From the NCBI GenBank assembly GCA_050011565.1, contig JBEKIW010000004.1, positions 32,001 through 96,000 of the forward strand: a DNA stretch of 64,000 nucleotides, read 5' to 3'. How positions within the stretch are numbered: position 1 is the stretch's first letter; the number at the start of each line of letters is the position of its first letter. Made by a program: the position numbers and the translations under genes. Positions 28,022 to 36,769 of the stretch are shown in pieces. The notes beneath the pieces are model-generated. The model was not told the origin of the DNA. It saw nothing but the letters and a program-made list of their open reading frames with translations, and did not search any database. Origin of the DNA: Dehalococcoidia bacterium. Lineage in GTDB: Bacteria > Chloroflexota > Dehalococcoidia > GIF9 > UBA5629.

Positions 28022-28447
28022 TTAATTGACGGTGATGGTGAGATTGAAAGTCCAAACGCCCTTCTCACCGCCTTCCCAGGGACGGCCGTATTCCATAGTT
28101 ATGGTACTGGTGCCCTTCTTAAGCGCTTTGAATGTCCAGACTTCATTGCCCGGGGCTCCTACGACGCCTGTTTTTTCCGGGGAAACGAACTCATGGCCTG
28201 TTTGCTGTACCACCGTTTGGTCGCTTATCTGTGCCGACTCGGACCACTGGAAGCCTGTTGTAGCGTTGGAGCACAGGGTTACTGTAAATGTATTGCCGGT
28301 AGCGACTGTCATCTGTTTGCTGACATGCGGTTGACTCTGAAGGTCGTCGCAAGAAACAGTCACCGATGTTCCTGTGGGTGGAGTACAGGCTGCCAGCCAC
28401 AACGATAGGATGAGCATTGCTAATACAGGTATCATTCTTAGCTTCAT
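28022..28447 (-). CDS. Lipoprotein, protease inhibitor I42 (chagasin) family
   Basis: Lipobox LAAC; SNATTGFQW, GAPG, YGRPWE chagasin motifs; GGAGG RBS favours start 28447. Confidence 0.88.
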   Translation of the reverse strand: MKLRMIPVLAMLILSLWLAACTPPTGTSVTVSCDDLQSQPHVSKQMTVATGNTFTVTLCSNATTGFQWSESAQISDQTVVQQTGHEFVSPEKTGVVGAPGNEVWTFKALKKGTSTITMEYGRPWEGGEKGVWTFNLTITVN

Positions 28448-28648
28448 TTTGCTTACCTCCATGCTTTCATTGGCCTTTTTACACTCCATAATATTATAAC
28501 CTAGATAGACCAATTTTGCTTAGCGACGATATCCGGGCAGTGAAGTCTGGGGATAGACAAACGACCAAGCTAGCCGTTCTGGAGTTGGGTGTACAATTCT
28601 GGTTCTAAACGCGCAAATTTCTAGCAGATGGTGCAGAGGTATACTGGC

Positions 28649-28885
28649 TCAGCTAAGTTCCAGTACCGAATCTGGACTATTGAATGGTTCGCCGGTTGCT
28701 TGACTGTGTCCTATTGACCAAGGTGCTACTGTTTCACCGCAATACGGGCAACTTCTCATAGCGGGGTCAACATCAACATGGCAATGAACACATTTATGTG
28801 CCAAGCTCTCACCACAAAACCGGCAAAATAGCTGACCCCATCTGTTGGCTCCGCCGCATTTTGGACAAGCTAATATATGTTCCAT
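28649..28885 (-). CDS. Small double zinc-ribbon protein
   Basis: CPKCG..FCRFCG..CVHC..CPYCG. Confidence 0.75.
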   Translation of the reverse strand: MEHILACPKCGGANRWGQLFCRFCGESLAHKCVHCHVDVDPAMRSCPYCGETVAPWSIGHSQATGEPFNSPDSVLELS

Positions 28886-29181
28886 GCTCTTTTTCGTTCC
28901 CCGTTTGCCAATCTAATCAGCTACGCATTTTCCGACGCCAATTGGGTACGCGATTCGCACTAGCTGATTTACCCCGTTTTTGGCTTCTTCTATATACAAT
29001 AACGTGAATCAAAGCATTTTGGTTTAGGGACGATACTAATCACATTTATTGTTCACTTCGGTAAAAAAAGAGTATGAATTAGTTGGACAGTATTTTCCCG
29101 CAAAGAAAGAGTTAAATAAAAGCAATCGCAAAACAGGCAAAATGCTTTACGGCATGTTAAAATGTTAATCAGTTCAAGTTT

Positions 29182-29263
29182 GGGGAAGTGTCGGAACTGG
29201 CAGACGAGCATGACCTAGGATCATGTGCCGCAAGGCGTAGGGGTTCGAGTCCCCTCTTCCCCA
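29182..29263 (+). tRNA. tRNA-Leu (anticodon UAG), CCA not encoded, atypical C33
   Basis: GGGGAAG/CTTCCCC acceptor, TGGCAGAC D-loop, CATGA-CCTAGGA-TCATG anticodon arm, variable arm GCCGCAAGGC, GTTCGAG T-loop. Confidence 0.93.
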
Positions 29264-29356
29264 GAATTGGATACAGTCCTACATATTTCTGTGCATCTGA
29301 TTTTTTACTGTGTATAAACTGAGTCGAGCAACAGTTAAAATTGGAAGGAGAAAGAA

Positions 29357-30115
29357 ATGGCTTATGAGAATCTGATATATGAAAAAAAGGATAGTGTGGC
29401 TAGGATAACTATCAATCGTCCCAGCGTGATGAATGCTATAACGCCGACGCTCTTAGCGGAAATGAAGGCGGCGGTGCTGGAAGCTGGGAAGGACAGCGAG
29501 ATAAAGGTGATAGTGCTCACCGGAGCCGGCCGTGCCTTTTCCGCGGGAGTGGATTTAATAGCTCTGGGAGACCGCAAACTGGAAAGAGGAAAGGTGGGGC
29601 CTATATTGGATGACCCGGCTAGAGCTCTTATAGACACCATACAGGAGGTTCCGAAGGTTGTCATAGCTATGGTCAACGGATTTTGCATAACTGGGGCCAT
29701 GGAAATCGTATTGGGCTGCGACCTGGTTGTGGCCGCGGAAGAAGCGAAATTCGGAGACACTCATGCCCGCTGGGGACTGCGACCTACCTGGGGCATGAGC
29801 CAGCGTTTGCCTCGCGCTATCGGAATGTTGAAGGCTAAAGAGCTATCATTCACGGCTGATTTGATTACAGGAAAGGAAGCACAGCAATTAGGCCTGGTAA
29901 ATATGGCAGTTCCGGCAGACAAACTGGAAGAGACTGTGCAAGAGCTGGTAAAGAAGTTGATGGCGAATAGCATGGCATCTCTGGCCGCTTACAAGTATCT
30001 TTACAATCAAGGCGCGAAAGATACACTGAAAAAGGGCCTGGAACTTGAAGCCAAGAGCGAGTTCGATATTAAGGATACAGAGGAGAGGCTGGCGAAGTTC
30101 AGGAAGAAAGACTAG
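29357..30115 (+). CDS. Enoyl-CoA hydratase/isomerase (crotonase) family protein
   Basis: ITINRP..MNA, AFSAGVDL, IAMVNG, GAMEIVLGCD. Confidence 0.92.
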   Translation: MAYENLIYEKKDSVARITINRPSVMNAITPTLLAEMKAAVLEAGKDSEIKVIVLTGAGRAFSAGVDLIALGDRKLERGKVGPILDDPARALIDTIQEVPKVVIAMVNGFCITGAMEIVLGCDLVVAAEEAKFGDTHARWGLRPTWGMSQRLPRAIGMLKAKELSFTADLITGKEAQQLGLVNMAVPADKLEETVQELVKKLMANSMASLAAYKYLYNQGAKDTLKKGLELEAKSEFDIKDTEERLAKFRKKD

Positions 30116-30163
30116 GCCTTAGCGCTGGCTTCGACATAGACCTGGTGCAATTAGCGTAAGGAA

Positions 30164-30907
30164 TCAAAACACAACCTGGCAATTAACGCCCTGTTTTTTA
30201 AAGGCTGAGGCAAGCTCTTTACCTGTCAGAGAAAAGAAATCATCGTTCATTGCACCCTCTAACTTACATTTCCGATATACCCAGTCGCTGTAGTGATAGT
30301 TCATTCTGTCAATCAATACGTAATCCACCTTTCCCGATAGTAAGGCAGACAGTTCCTCGGCATGGGGAAGCATCGGCGCAATCATGGCAAAAGTCCTGAT
30401 TCCCGCCTGATGTAGCTCATTCAGCGCGTTTATTCTTTCCTTAATCGGCGGCGTGTTTGGTTCGAAAAGTCGCCTTATATTATCATCTGCCGTAGTAACC
30501 GTTAGTCCAACTTCAATATCGCTAGCTTTTATAATCAATTCCTTATCACGTAAGACAAGCGGCGACTTGGTCTGGATGGTGATTGGCCAATCGTGTGCAA
30601 CCAAGATTTCAAGGCACTTTCTTGTCAGTTCATATTTTGCTTCTATCGGCTGATAGGCATCGCAGACTCCGCTTATCCACACCCTACCGCGTGGCTTCTT
30701 GTTTATCTCTTTCTGCAGCAGTTCCGGCGCATTAATCTTAACATCAACGAATTCGCCCCAAGGTTCAATGTGACCGGTGGTCCTTTTCATAAACCGGGCA
30801 TAGCAGTAAGTACAAGCATGCTGGCAGCCGGTATAGGCGTTGATGGTATAGTCGTAAACTTTTGATTTAGACAGGATACTTTTAGCGTAAATTTCTCGTA
30901 CAATCAT
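30164..30907 (-). CDS. Radical SAM protein, SPL/Rv2578c-like family
   Basis: NAYTGCQHACTYCYA, DAYQPIE..Y.LTR, QTKS, FEP. Confidence 0.88.
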   Translation of the reverse strand: MIVREIYAKSILSKSKVYDYTINAYTGCQHACTYCYARFMKRTTGHIEPWGEFVDVKINAPELLQKEINKKPRGRVWISGVCDAYQPIEAKYELTRKCLEILVAHDWPITIQTKSPLVLRDKELIIKASDIEVGLTVTTADDNIRRLFEPNTPPIKERINALNELHQAGIRTFAMIAPMLPHAEELSALLSGKVDYVLIDRMNYHYSDWVYRKCKLEGAMNDDFFSLTGKELASAFKKQGVNCQVVF

Positions 30908-30978
30908 GGATACAGAACTTTCAACGATGAATATTGTTTGGCCTATTAATAGGTGTGTATGTGGGTGGTATGGTAAAG

Positions 30979-32430
30979 CTATACTTTACCGAATTGGATA
31001 CCGCATTTATATAGAATGAAAAGGGCTTTGATCGAGTCTCTTAGTGTAGGATATACCGGAAATCGCTCGTCCTCGAAAGCCTTTTTTACCATCAGATGAT
31101 ATCTTCTATCCTCTTCGTCCTCTGAATAGGCCTCCAGCGAAATGCATATCATCACGGGTTTGCCGATTTCATCCCGGGCATAGCGGCAGCCATTAACCAG
31201 GAGTTCAACAAGCTCCTTAAAGTGTGCTTCAAAAGCTCCACCCAGTACATGCCTGAGATAGTTAATCTCATCGAGGTGCAGTACTATTGAATGTATTTTG
31301 CTATCCTGAGCCAGGATTTTTATGACGTCGGCAAGATTACCTGATGTCCCCGACAAATTGTAGAATATAGGCCAGGCATCCAGGGGATTCCCGATGCTGG
31401 TTCCGGCTATCGGCACTATCTTCCTAAGTTCGGCTAATGTTTCTTTCTGGAATTGGGGAACTTCCAGTCCGGCCTTTACACACACGTCGGTTTCGAGCAC
31501 ACTGAAACCACCGGAGTTCGTAATAATAGTGGTGCCTTTTCCGGTAGGAAAGGGTGAAGAGGTGAGTGCTAAGGTACCGTTTAGTAATTCGTCGAAGTCC
31601 TCGACTTGGGTTACGCCGGTCTGTTTGAAAATCGAGCTCCAGATTTCCGGCGAACCGGCAAGTGAACCTGTATGAGAGGACGCAGCCCGGCTACCGTGCT
31701 CGGTTACACCGCCTTTTAAGGCCAGGATCGGTTTTTTCCTGGCAGCTTCAGCCAAAGCCGATTTGAGTCGCTTACCGTTTCTCGTACCTTCCATGTATAA
31801 AGCTATGACTTTAGTGTCGGGGTCGTCTGCAAGATATTCCAGAAAATCGGGACAGTCAAGGTCTACGGCATTACCGTAGCTGATTACCTTACTAAACTTC
31901 AGGTTTCTTATCTTCCCGAGGTTCAGGAATTCTACCCCAAAGGTGCCGCTTTGCGAAATGACTCCTATCGAACCTTCTTCAAACGAGGCATTGAAAGTGA
32001 AGCTTAACCCGGATTTGGAGCAATAGATTCCCATACAATTGGGGCCGATCAGTCTAATCTTGCCTTTAGCAATGTCTTTTACCTCGTTTTCTAACTTTTT
32101 CCTTTCTGGAAGCCCGGTCTCGCTAAAGCCTGCCGTGAAAATGTGTGCTGTCTTGACACCTTTTTCTATGCACTCGGCCAATACCTTCGGAACTTGCGTT
32201 GCCGGGACAGCAATGACAACATAATCGATGTTATCCTGGATATCGAGGATACTGGGGTAGCATTTTTTGCCAGCAAGTTCACTATATCTTGGGTTCACCA
32301 GATACAGCTTGTCCCACATCTTCGAGTTCGTTAAAGATTGTGCGAATCCATTATCCGTAGACGCGCCTATTAAGGCAACCGCTCGTGGGTTGAAGATATA
32401 TTCAAATTCGACGGCGTCCTGTGTTTTCAT
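30979..32430 (-). CDS. Acyl-CoA synthetase (NDP-forming) alpha-type subunit / CoA-binding protein
   Basis: VALIGAS, GPNCMG, SQSG, GNAVD, SHTGSLAG phospho-His, TNSGG, NPLD; no ATP-grasp domain. Confidence 0.87.
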   Translation of the reverse strand: MKTQDAVEFEYIFNPRAVALIGASTDNGFAQSLTNSKMWDKLYLVNPRYSELAGKKCYPSILDIQDNIDYVVIAVPATQVPKVLAECIEKGVKTAHIFTAGFSETGLPERKKLENEVKDIAKGKIRLIGPNCMGIYCSKSGLSFTFNASFEEGSIGVISQSGTFGVEFLNLGKIRNLKFSKVISYGNAVDLDCPDFLEYLADDPDTKVIALYMEGTRNGKRLKSALAEAARKKPILALKGGVTEHGSRAASSHTGSLAGSPEIWSSIFKQTGVTQVEDFDELLNGTLALTSSPFPTGKGTTIITNSGGFSVLETDVCVKAGLEVPQFQKETLAELRKIVPIAGTSIGNPLDAWPIFYNLSGTSGNLADVIKILAQDSKIHSIVLHLDEINYLRHVLGGAFEAHFKELVELLVNGCRYARDEIGKPVMICISLEAYSEDEEDRRYHLMVKKAFEDERFPVYPTLRDSIKALFILYKCGIQFGKV

Positions 32431-32564
32431 TATTGCCTCCGATACATTTATATCTCAAATTCACAGAGTTATTAGACAGCAGGCAGGCCCAGCTAGGCAA
32501 AAAGCGACACACTATTATAGTCCTGATTTTAAATTCATACAATTTGAGAGCCGGAATGCTAAGC

Positions 32565-32593
32565 TTGACTCATCATCGTAGCATTGATAAAAT
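32565..32593 (+). promoter_or_regulatory. sigma70-type promoter of the thrS operon
   Basis: TTGACT-17 bp-TAAAAT. Confidence 0.7.
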
Positions 32594-32689
32594 GCGACTA
32601 TTAAGGCCGGTTAGCTTAACGATAGGGGACCTTTCCAGTATTGTTTTGTCACTGCCAATTAGTTTACCAGCATTTTTGGTCCGTGATTG

Positions 32690-32724
32690 ACCTCTCGCTG
32701 ATAAATGGCGCGAGGTTTTTGTTT
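32690..32724 (+). terminator. Terminator/attenuator hairpin in the thrS leader
   Basis: ACCTCTCGC...GCGCGAGGT stem followed by TTTTGTTT, just upstream of thrS. Confidence 0.65.
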
Positions 32725-32745
32725 GATTTAATATAGAAATTGGAA

Positions 32746-34488
32746 ATGGCTATGGAAGAGAAAGAAGCGAGATTGGAAAAGATGCGGCATTCGGCGGCTC
32801 ACGTGATGGCTGAAGCTGTCAAGGCCCTTTTTACGGGAGTTAAATTTGGCATTGGTCCGGCTATTGAGGATGGTTTTTACTATGATTTTGAGCTTCCCCG
32901 ACCTCTTGTGCCAGATGATTTGATAGCAATTGAAGCCAAGATGCGAGAGGTAATTACCGGTAATTTTTCTTTTTCTCGAGAGGAGATAGGCAAAGCGAAA
33001 GCACACAAGTTATTTGCCGAGCAGCCTTACAAGTTGGAACTAATTGATGAGCTTTCGGATAAGAAGGTGACAATATATCGCCAGGGCTCTTTTGTCGACT
33101 TGTGCCGTGGTCCTCATGTAAATTCAACCGGCGAGATTAAAGCTTTTAGGCTTACCAGCATTGCCGGAGCCTACTGGCGAGGTGATGAAAGACGCCCCAT
33201 GTTGCAAAGGATTTACGGGGTTGCCTTCGAAACCGATGCTGAGCTAGAGGGTTACCTCGCCCGGTTGGCTGAGGCGGCCAAGAGAGACCACAGGAAGTTG
33301 GGTAAGGAGCTCGACCTATTTAGCCTTCATGAAGAATTCGGCCCGGGATTGGTCCACTGGCACCCTAAAGGTGCTCTGGTTCGCCAGATTATTGAGGATT
33401 TCTGGAAAGCGGAGCACAGGAAACGAGGTTACGAAATCGTTTACACGCCACATATAGCCAAGCTGAATTTGTGGAAAACCAGCGGGCACTGGGACTTTTA
33501 TCGGGAGAATCTGTATTCGCCGATGGACGTGGAGGGACAGGAGTACATTGTCAAACCGATGAACTGCCTGGGGCATATCATGATATACAAGACCCAGTTG
33601 CGGAGTTATCGCAATCTACCCCTTCGCTATGCTGAACTGGGTACGGTTTATCGTTACGAGCGTTCTGGGGTATTGCACGGGCTGGCGCGGGTGCGTGGTT
33701 TCACCCAGGATGACGCTCATATTTTTTGTCGTCCTGATCAGATTGAAGCCGAAGTATCCGAGGCAGTGCGCCTGGCTAGATTTATGATGAAGACCTTTGG
33801 CTTTAATGAGTATGAGCTTCTCCTATCTACACGCCCCGACCATTATGCCGGCACTATTCAGATTTGGGAAGAGGCTACGGAGGCACTGCGAAAGGTACTG
33901 GAAAGCCTTGGCCTTAAGTATACGATAGACCCCGGCGAAGGCGTCTTTTATGGCCCAAAAATCGATGTCAAGCTCAGGGATGCCTTGGGCCGCTTGTGGC
34001 AGGGGCCAACCATTCAAGTCGATTTTAATTTGCCTCAGCGTTTCGATGTCAATTATATTGGTGAGGATGGCCTGGAACATCAAGTGGTTATGGTACATCG
34101 AACCGTTTTGGGAAGTATGGAACGTTTTATGGCCTGCTTGGTCGAAAATTATGCCGGCGCTTTCCCCGTTTGGCTGTCACCAGTTCAGGTGGCTATCATA
34201 CCTATCGCCGACCGTCATCTCAGCTATGCGAACCAGGTGGCGGATGAACTCAGAGAAAATGGCATCCGTGTCCAGGTTGATGCCCGCTCGGAGAGAATGA
34301 ACTTAAAGATAAGAGAGGCGCAATTGATGAAGATCCCTTATATGTTTGTTGTTGGGGATAAAGAAATGGAGGCTTCTCAAGTCTCTCTTCGATTAAGGAG
34401 TGGAGAAGACTCAGGTTTGCTGCCGGTTTCTAAGTTCTTAGATAGAGTTAGACCAATTATTGAAACTAAAGCGCCAGATAAACTTTGA
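32746..34488 (+). CDS. thrS: Threonine--tRNA ligase (lacks the N-terminal TGS domain)
   Basis: RHSAAHVMA, DLCRGPH, AYWRGD, RDHRKLG, KPMNC, RVRGFTQDDAH, FYGPKID. Confidence 0.98.
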   Translation: MAMEEKEARLEKMRHSAAHVMAEAVKALFTGVKFGIGPAIEDGFYYDFELPRPLVPDDLIAIEAKMREVITGNFSFSREEIGKAKAHKLFAEQPYKLELIDELSDKKVTIYRQGSFVDLCRGPHVNSTGEIKAFRLTSIAGAYWRGDERRPMLQRIYGVAFETDAELEGYLARLAEAAKRDHRKLGKELDLFSLHEEFGPGLVHWHPKGALVRQIIEDFWKAEHRKRGYEIVYTPHIAKLNLWKTSGHWDFYRENLYSPMDVEGQEYIVKPMNCLGHIMIYKTQLRSYRNLPLRYAELGTVYRYERSGVLHGLARVRGFTQDDAHIFCRPDQIEAEVSEAVRLARFMMKTFGFNEYELLLSTRPDHYAGTIQIWEEATEALRKVLESLGLKYTIDPGEGVFYGPKIDVKLRDALGRLWQGPTIQVDFNLPQRFDVNYIGEDGLEHQVVMVHRTVLGSMERFMACLVENYAGAFPVWLSPVQVAIIPIADRHLSYANQVADELRENGIRVQVDARSERMNLKIREAQLMKIPYMFVVGDKEMEASQVSLRLRSGEDSGLLPVSKFLDRVRPIIETKAPDKL

Positions 34489-34555
34489 TTTCATCTCGTG
34501 AATATGGTATATTTTTGCTCGATGGTTCCCTTCGTGTAAGGAGGTGAGGAGAAAC

Positions 34556-35104
34556 ATAGTCAAGGAATTACGCGTTAATCGACAAATTAGGTCTAAGGAG
34601 GTTCGACTTATAGGGGAGACAGGCGCACAGATGGGAGTATTTCCTGTTGAGAAGGCGTTACAGATGGCTAGTGAACGCAGTCTTGACCTGGTAGAGGTGG
34701 CGTCAAATTCAGTTCCTCCTGTATGTCGAATTCTTGACTATGGTAGGTACAGATACGAGCAGACCAAAAAGGAGCGTAAAGCCCGCAAAAGTCAGAGAAA
34801 TATTGTACTCAAGGAGATCAGAATCAGGCCTCGGGTGAAGGAACATGACCTCGATACCAAAATTAAGATAGCGCGGAAATTATTGGAGGATGGCGATAAA
34901 GTAAAGGTATTTGTGGTTTTTCGAGGGCGTGAGTTTACGCATCCTGAACTTGGTTTGAAACTTCTCAGAAAAGTGGCGGATGATTTGAAAGATATAGCGA
35001 TGTTTGATGGCGCTCCGTCTTCAGCGGACCGTTTTATGAGCCTGGTGCTGTCACCGAGTTCAAGTAAACACATTAAGAAACCAGCTATAGAGGAGAAAGT
35101 ATAA
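34556..35104 (+). CDS. infC: Translation initiation factor IF-3 (probable non-canonical ATA start)
   Basis: VNRQIR..EVRLI, LDLVEV, PPVCRILDYG, FRGRE; GGAGGTGA SD lies 8 nt before ATA at 34556. Confidence 0.95.
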   Translation: MVKELRVNRQIRSKEVRLIGETGAQMGVFPVEKALQMASERSLDLVEVASNSVPPVCRILDYGRYRYEQTKKERKARKSQRNIVLKEIRIRPRVKEHDLDTKIKIARKLLEDGDKVKVFVVFRGREFTHPELGLKLLRKVADDLKDIAMFDGAPSSADRFMSLVLSPSSSKHIKKPAIEEKV

Positions 35105-35308
35105 TTGCCGAAGCTTAAGACACATAAAGGGGCCCAGAGTCGATTGCACATCACCGGCACGGGCAAAATAATGCGAGTTAAAGTTGGTAAAAGCCATTTA
35201 AGGCGTAAGAAACCGGCCAGGACCAAGCGTCTTTATGACGAGATGATTCCGGTTCAACCTGCTGATAAGGTTAGATTGAAGAAACTACTGCCTTACGGCA
35301 TTAAATAG
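35105..35308 (+). CDS. rpmI: 50S ribosomal protein L35
   Basis: MPKLKTHKGA..R..TGTGK..SHL; TTG start. Confidence 0.96.
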   Translation: MPKLKTHKGAQSRLHITGTGKIMRVKVGKSHLRRKKPARTKRLYDEMIPVQPADKVRLKKLLPYGIK

Positions 35309-35323
35309 ATTAGGAGGAATTGA

Positions 35324-35683
35324 TTGCCACGAGTTAAAGGCGGAATAGTCACCCATCGAAGACATAAAAAAGTATTAAAGTTAACAAAAGGGCATAAGGC
35401 TACCAGGCATTCTCTATTTCGACGTGCTCACGAGTCAATGTTGCATGCTTTATCTTATGCCTATAGGCATCGCCGAGAGCGAAAGGGTGATATGAGGCGG
35501 TTGTGGATTGTAAGGATAAATGCTGCTGCCCGTGCTGAAGGGCTTTCTTACAGCCAGTTTATGGACGGGCTGAGAAAGGCCAATGTGGAAATCAACCGTA
35601 AAGCCTTGGCAGACATGGCAGTAAATGACCCGTCCAGCTTCTCCACGTTACTTTCGCTAGCTTCATCCAAAATTAAGAGCTAA
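35324..35683 (+). CDS. rplT: 50S ribosomal protein L20
   Basis: [29 protein letters not shown]. Confidence 0.97.
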   Translation: MPRVKGGIVTHRRHKKVLKLTKGHKATRHSLFRRAHESMLHALSYAYRHRRERKGDMRRLWIVRINAAARAEGLSYSQFMDGLRKANVEINRKALADMAVNDPSSFSTLLSLASSKIKS

Positions 35684-35706
35684 AATCACCCTCACGTAGT
35701 GAGAAT

Positions 35707-36744
35707 ATGCTAAATCAAGTTGAAGAGCTTGCCTCTAAAGCTCTTGATGAGCTAGCTAAAGTCACCAATGTCAATGAGATTGAAGCGTGGCGAATCCGTT
35801 ATTTAGGCAGAAAAAGTAATTTAATACATATTCTGCGTTCGTTGGCAACTGTGCCAATAAATGAAAGGCGTGAAGTCGGAGCCCGAGCCAACGAACTAAA
35901 GAAATCTCTGGAAACCGCTTTTGAAGAGAAGAAGGTTGATTTAGAAAGCGATTCAGCCCTTCTCACCGGGCGTGAGACTTTAGATGTCACCTTACCCGGT
36001 CAGCAAATTCCCCTGGGCCGTCTCCATCCAACAACTCAAATACTTGAGGAGATTTGTGACATTTTTAGCAGCATGGGTTTTCAAGTAGTGGAAGGGCCGG
36101 AGGTAGAATGGGACTATTATAATTTCGAAGCCCTCAACATGCCGGCAGACCATCCGGCACGTGATATGTTTGCTACATTATGGGTGGACTTTGAGACTAA
36201 AACCGGCGACAGACCTATGCTCTTGAGGACTCACACTTCTCCAGTCCAGATAAGAGTAATGGAGAAAACACCTCCACCGATCAGAATAATAGCACCGGGG
36301 CGAGTTTATAGATACGAAGCCACAGATGCCACGCACGAGTGGATGTTTTATCAAGTTGAGGGGTTGGCAGTCGATAGAAACATAACCCTGGCCGACTTAA
36401 AAGGAACATTGTTTGAATTTGCTCGCCGCCTTTTTGGCGAGGACAGGAAATGTCGTTTTCGTTGTGATTACTTTCCTTTCGTAGAACCTGGCGTTGAGGT
36501 GGCTATTGATTGTCTGGTGTGTCATGGTGCTGGATGCAGGCTGTGCGACAATAGCGGCTGGATTGAAATTCTGGGTGCGGGGATGGTGCATCCCGAAGTT
36601 CTTCGACGCCTTGGTATTGACCCTCAGATTTATTCAGGTTTCGCCTTCGGTATGGGGGTGGAGCGTATTCCTATTCTTCGCTACGGCATAGATGACATTC
36701 GCCTTTTTTATGGTAACGACCTCAGGTTTCTGAAGCAGTTTTGA
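35707..36744 (+). CDS. pheS: Phenylalanine--tRNA ligase alpha subunit
   Basis: [36 protein letters not shown]. Confidence 0.98.
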   Translation: MLNQVEELASKALDELAKVTNVNEIEAWRIRYLGRKSNLIHILRSLATVPINERREVGARANELKKSLETAFEEKKVDLESDSALLTGRETLDVTLPGQQIPLGRLHPTTQILEEICDIFSSMGFQVVEGPEVEWDYYNFEALNMPADHPARDMFATLWVDFETKTGDRPMLLRTHTSPVQIRVMEKTPPPIRIIAPGRVYRYEATDATHEWMFYQVEGLAVDRNITLADLKGTLFEFARRLFGEDRKCRFRCDYFPFVEPGVEVAIDCLVCHGAGCRLCDNSGWIEILGAGMVHPEVLRRLGIDPQIYSGFAFGMGVERIPILRYGIDDIRLFYGNDLRFLKQF

Positions 36745-36769
36745 GTCTATTTATTGCCGAGACCTTAAT

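Noticed and set aside
28520-28651. TGA stop of the small zinc-ribbon gene followed by about 42 open codons (second selenoprotein?)
   Set aside because: Only a weak bulged hairpin with no G in the loop, no redox-like context, and the extension does not look protein-like.
32592-32690. 32-codon ORF in the thrS leader as an attenuator peptide
   Set aside because: Its ATG overlaps the -10 box and it has only one Thr codon.
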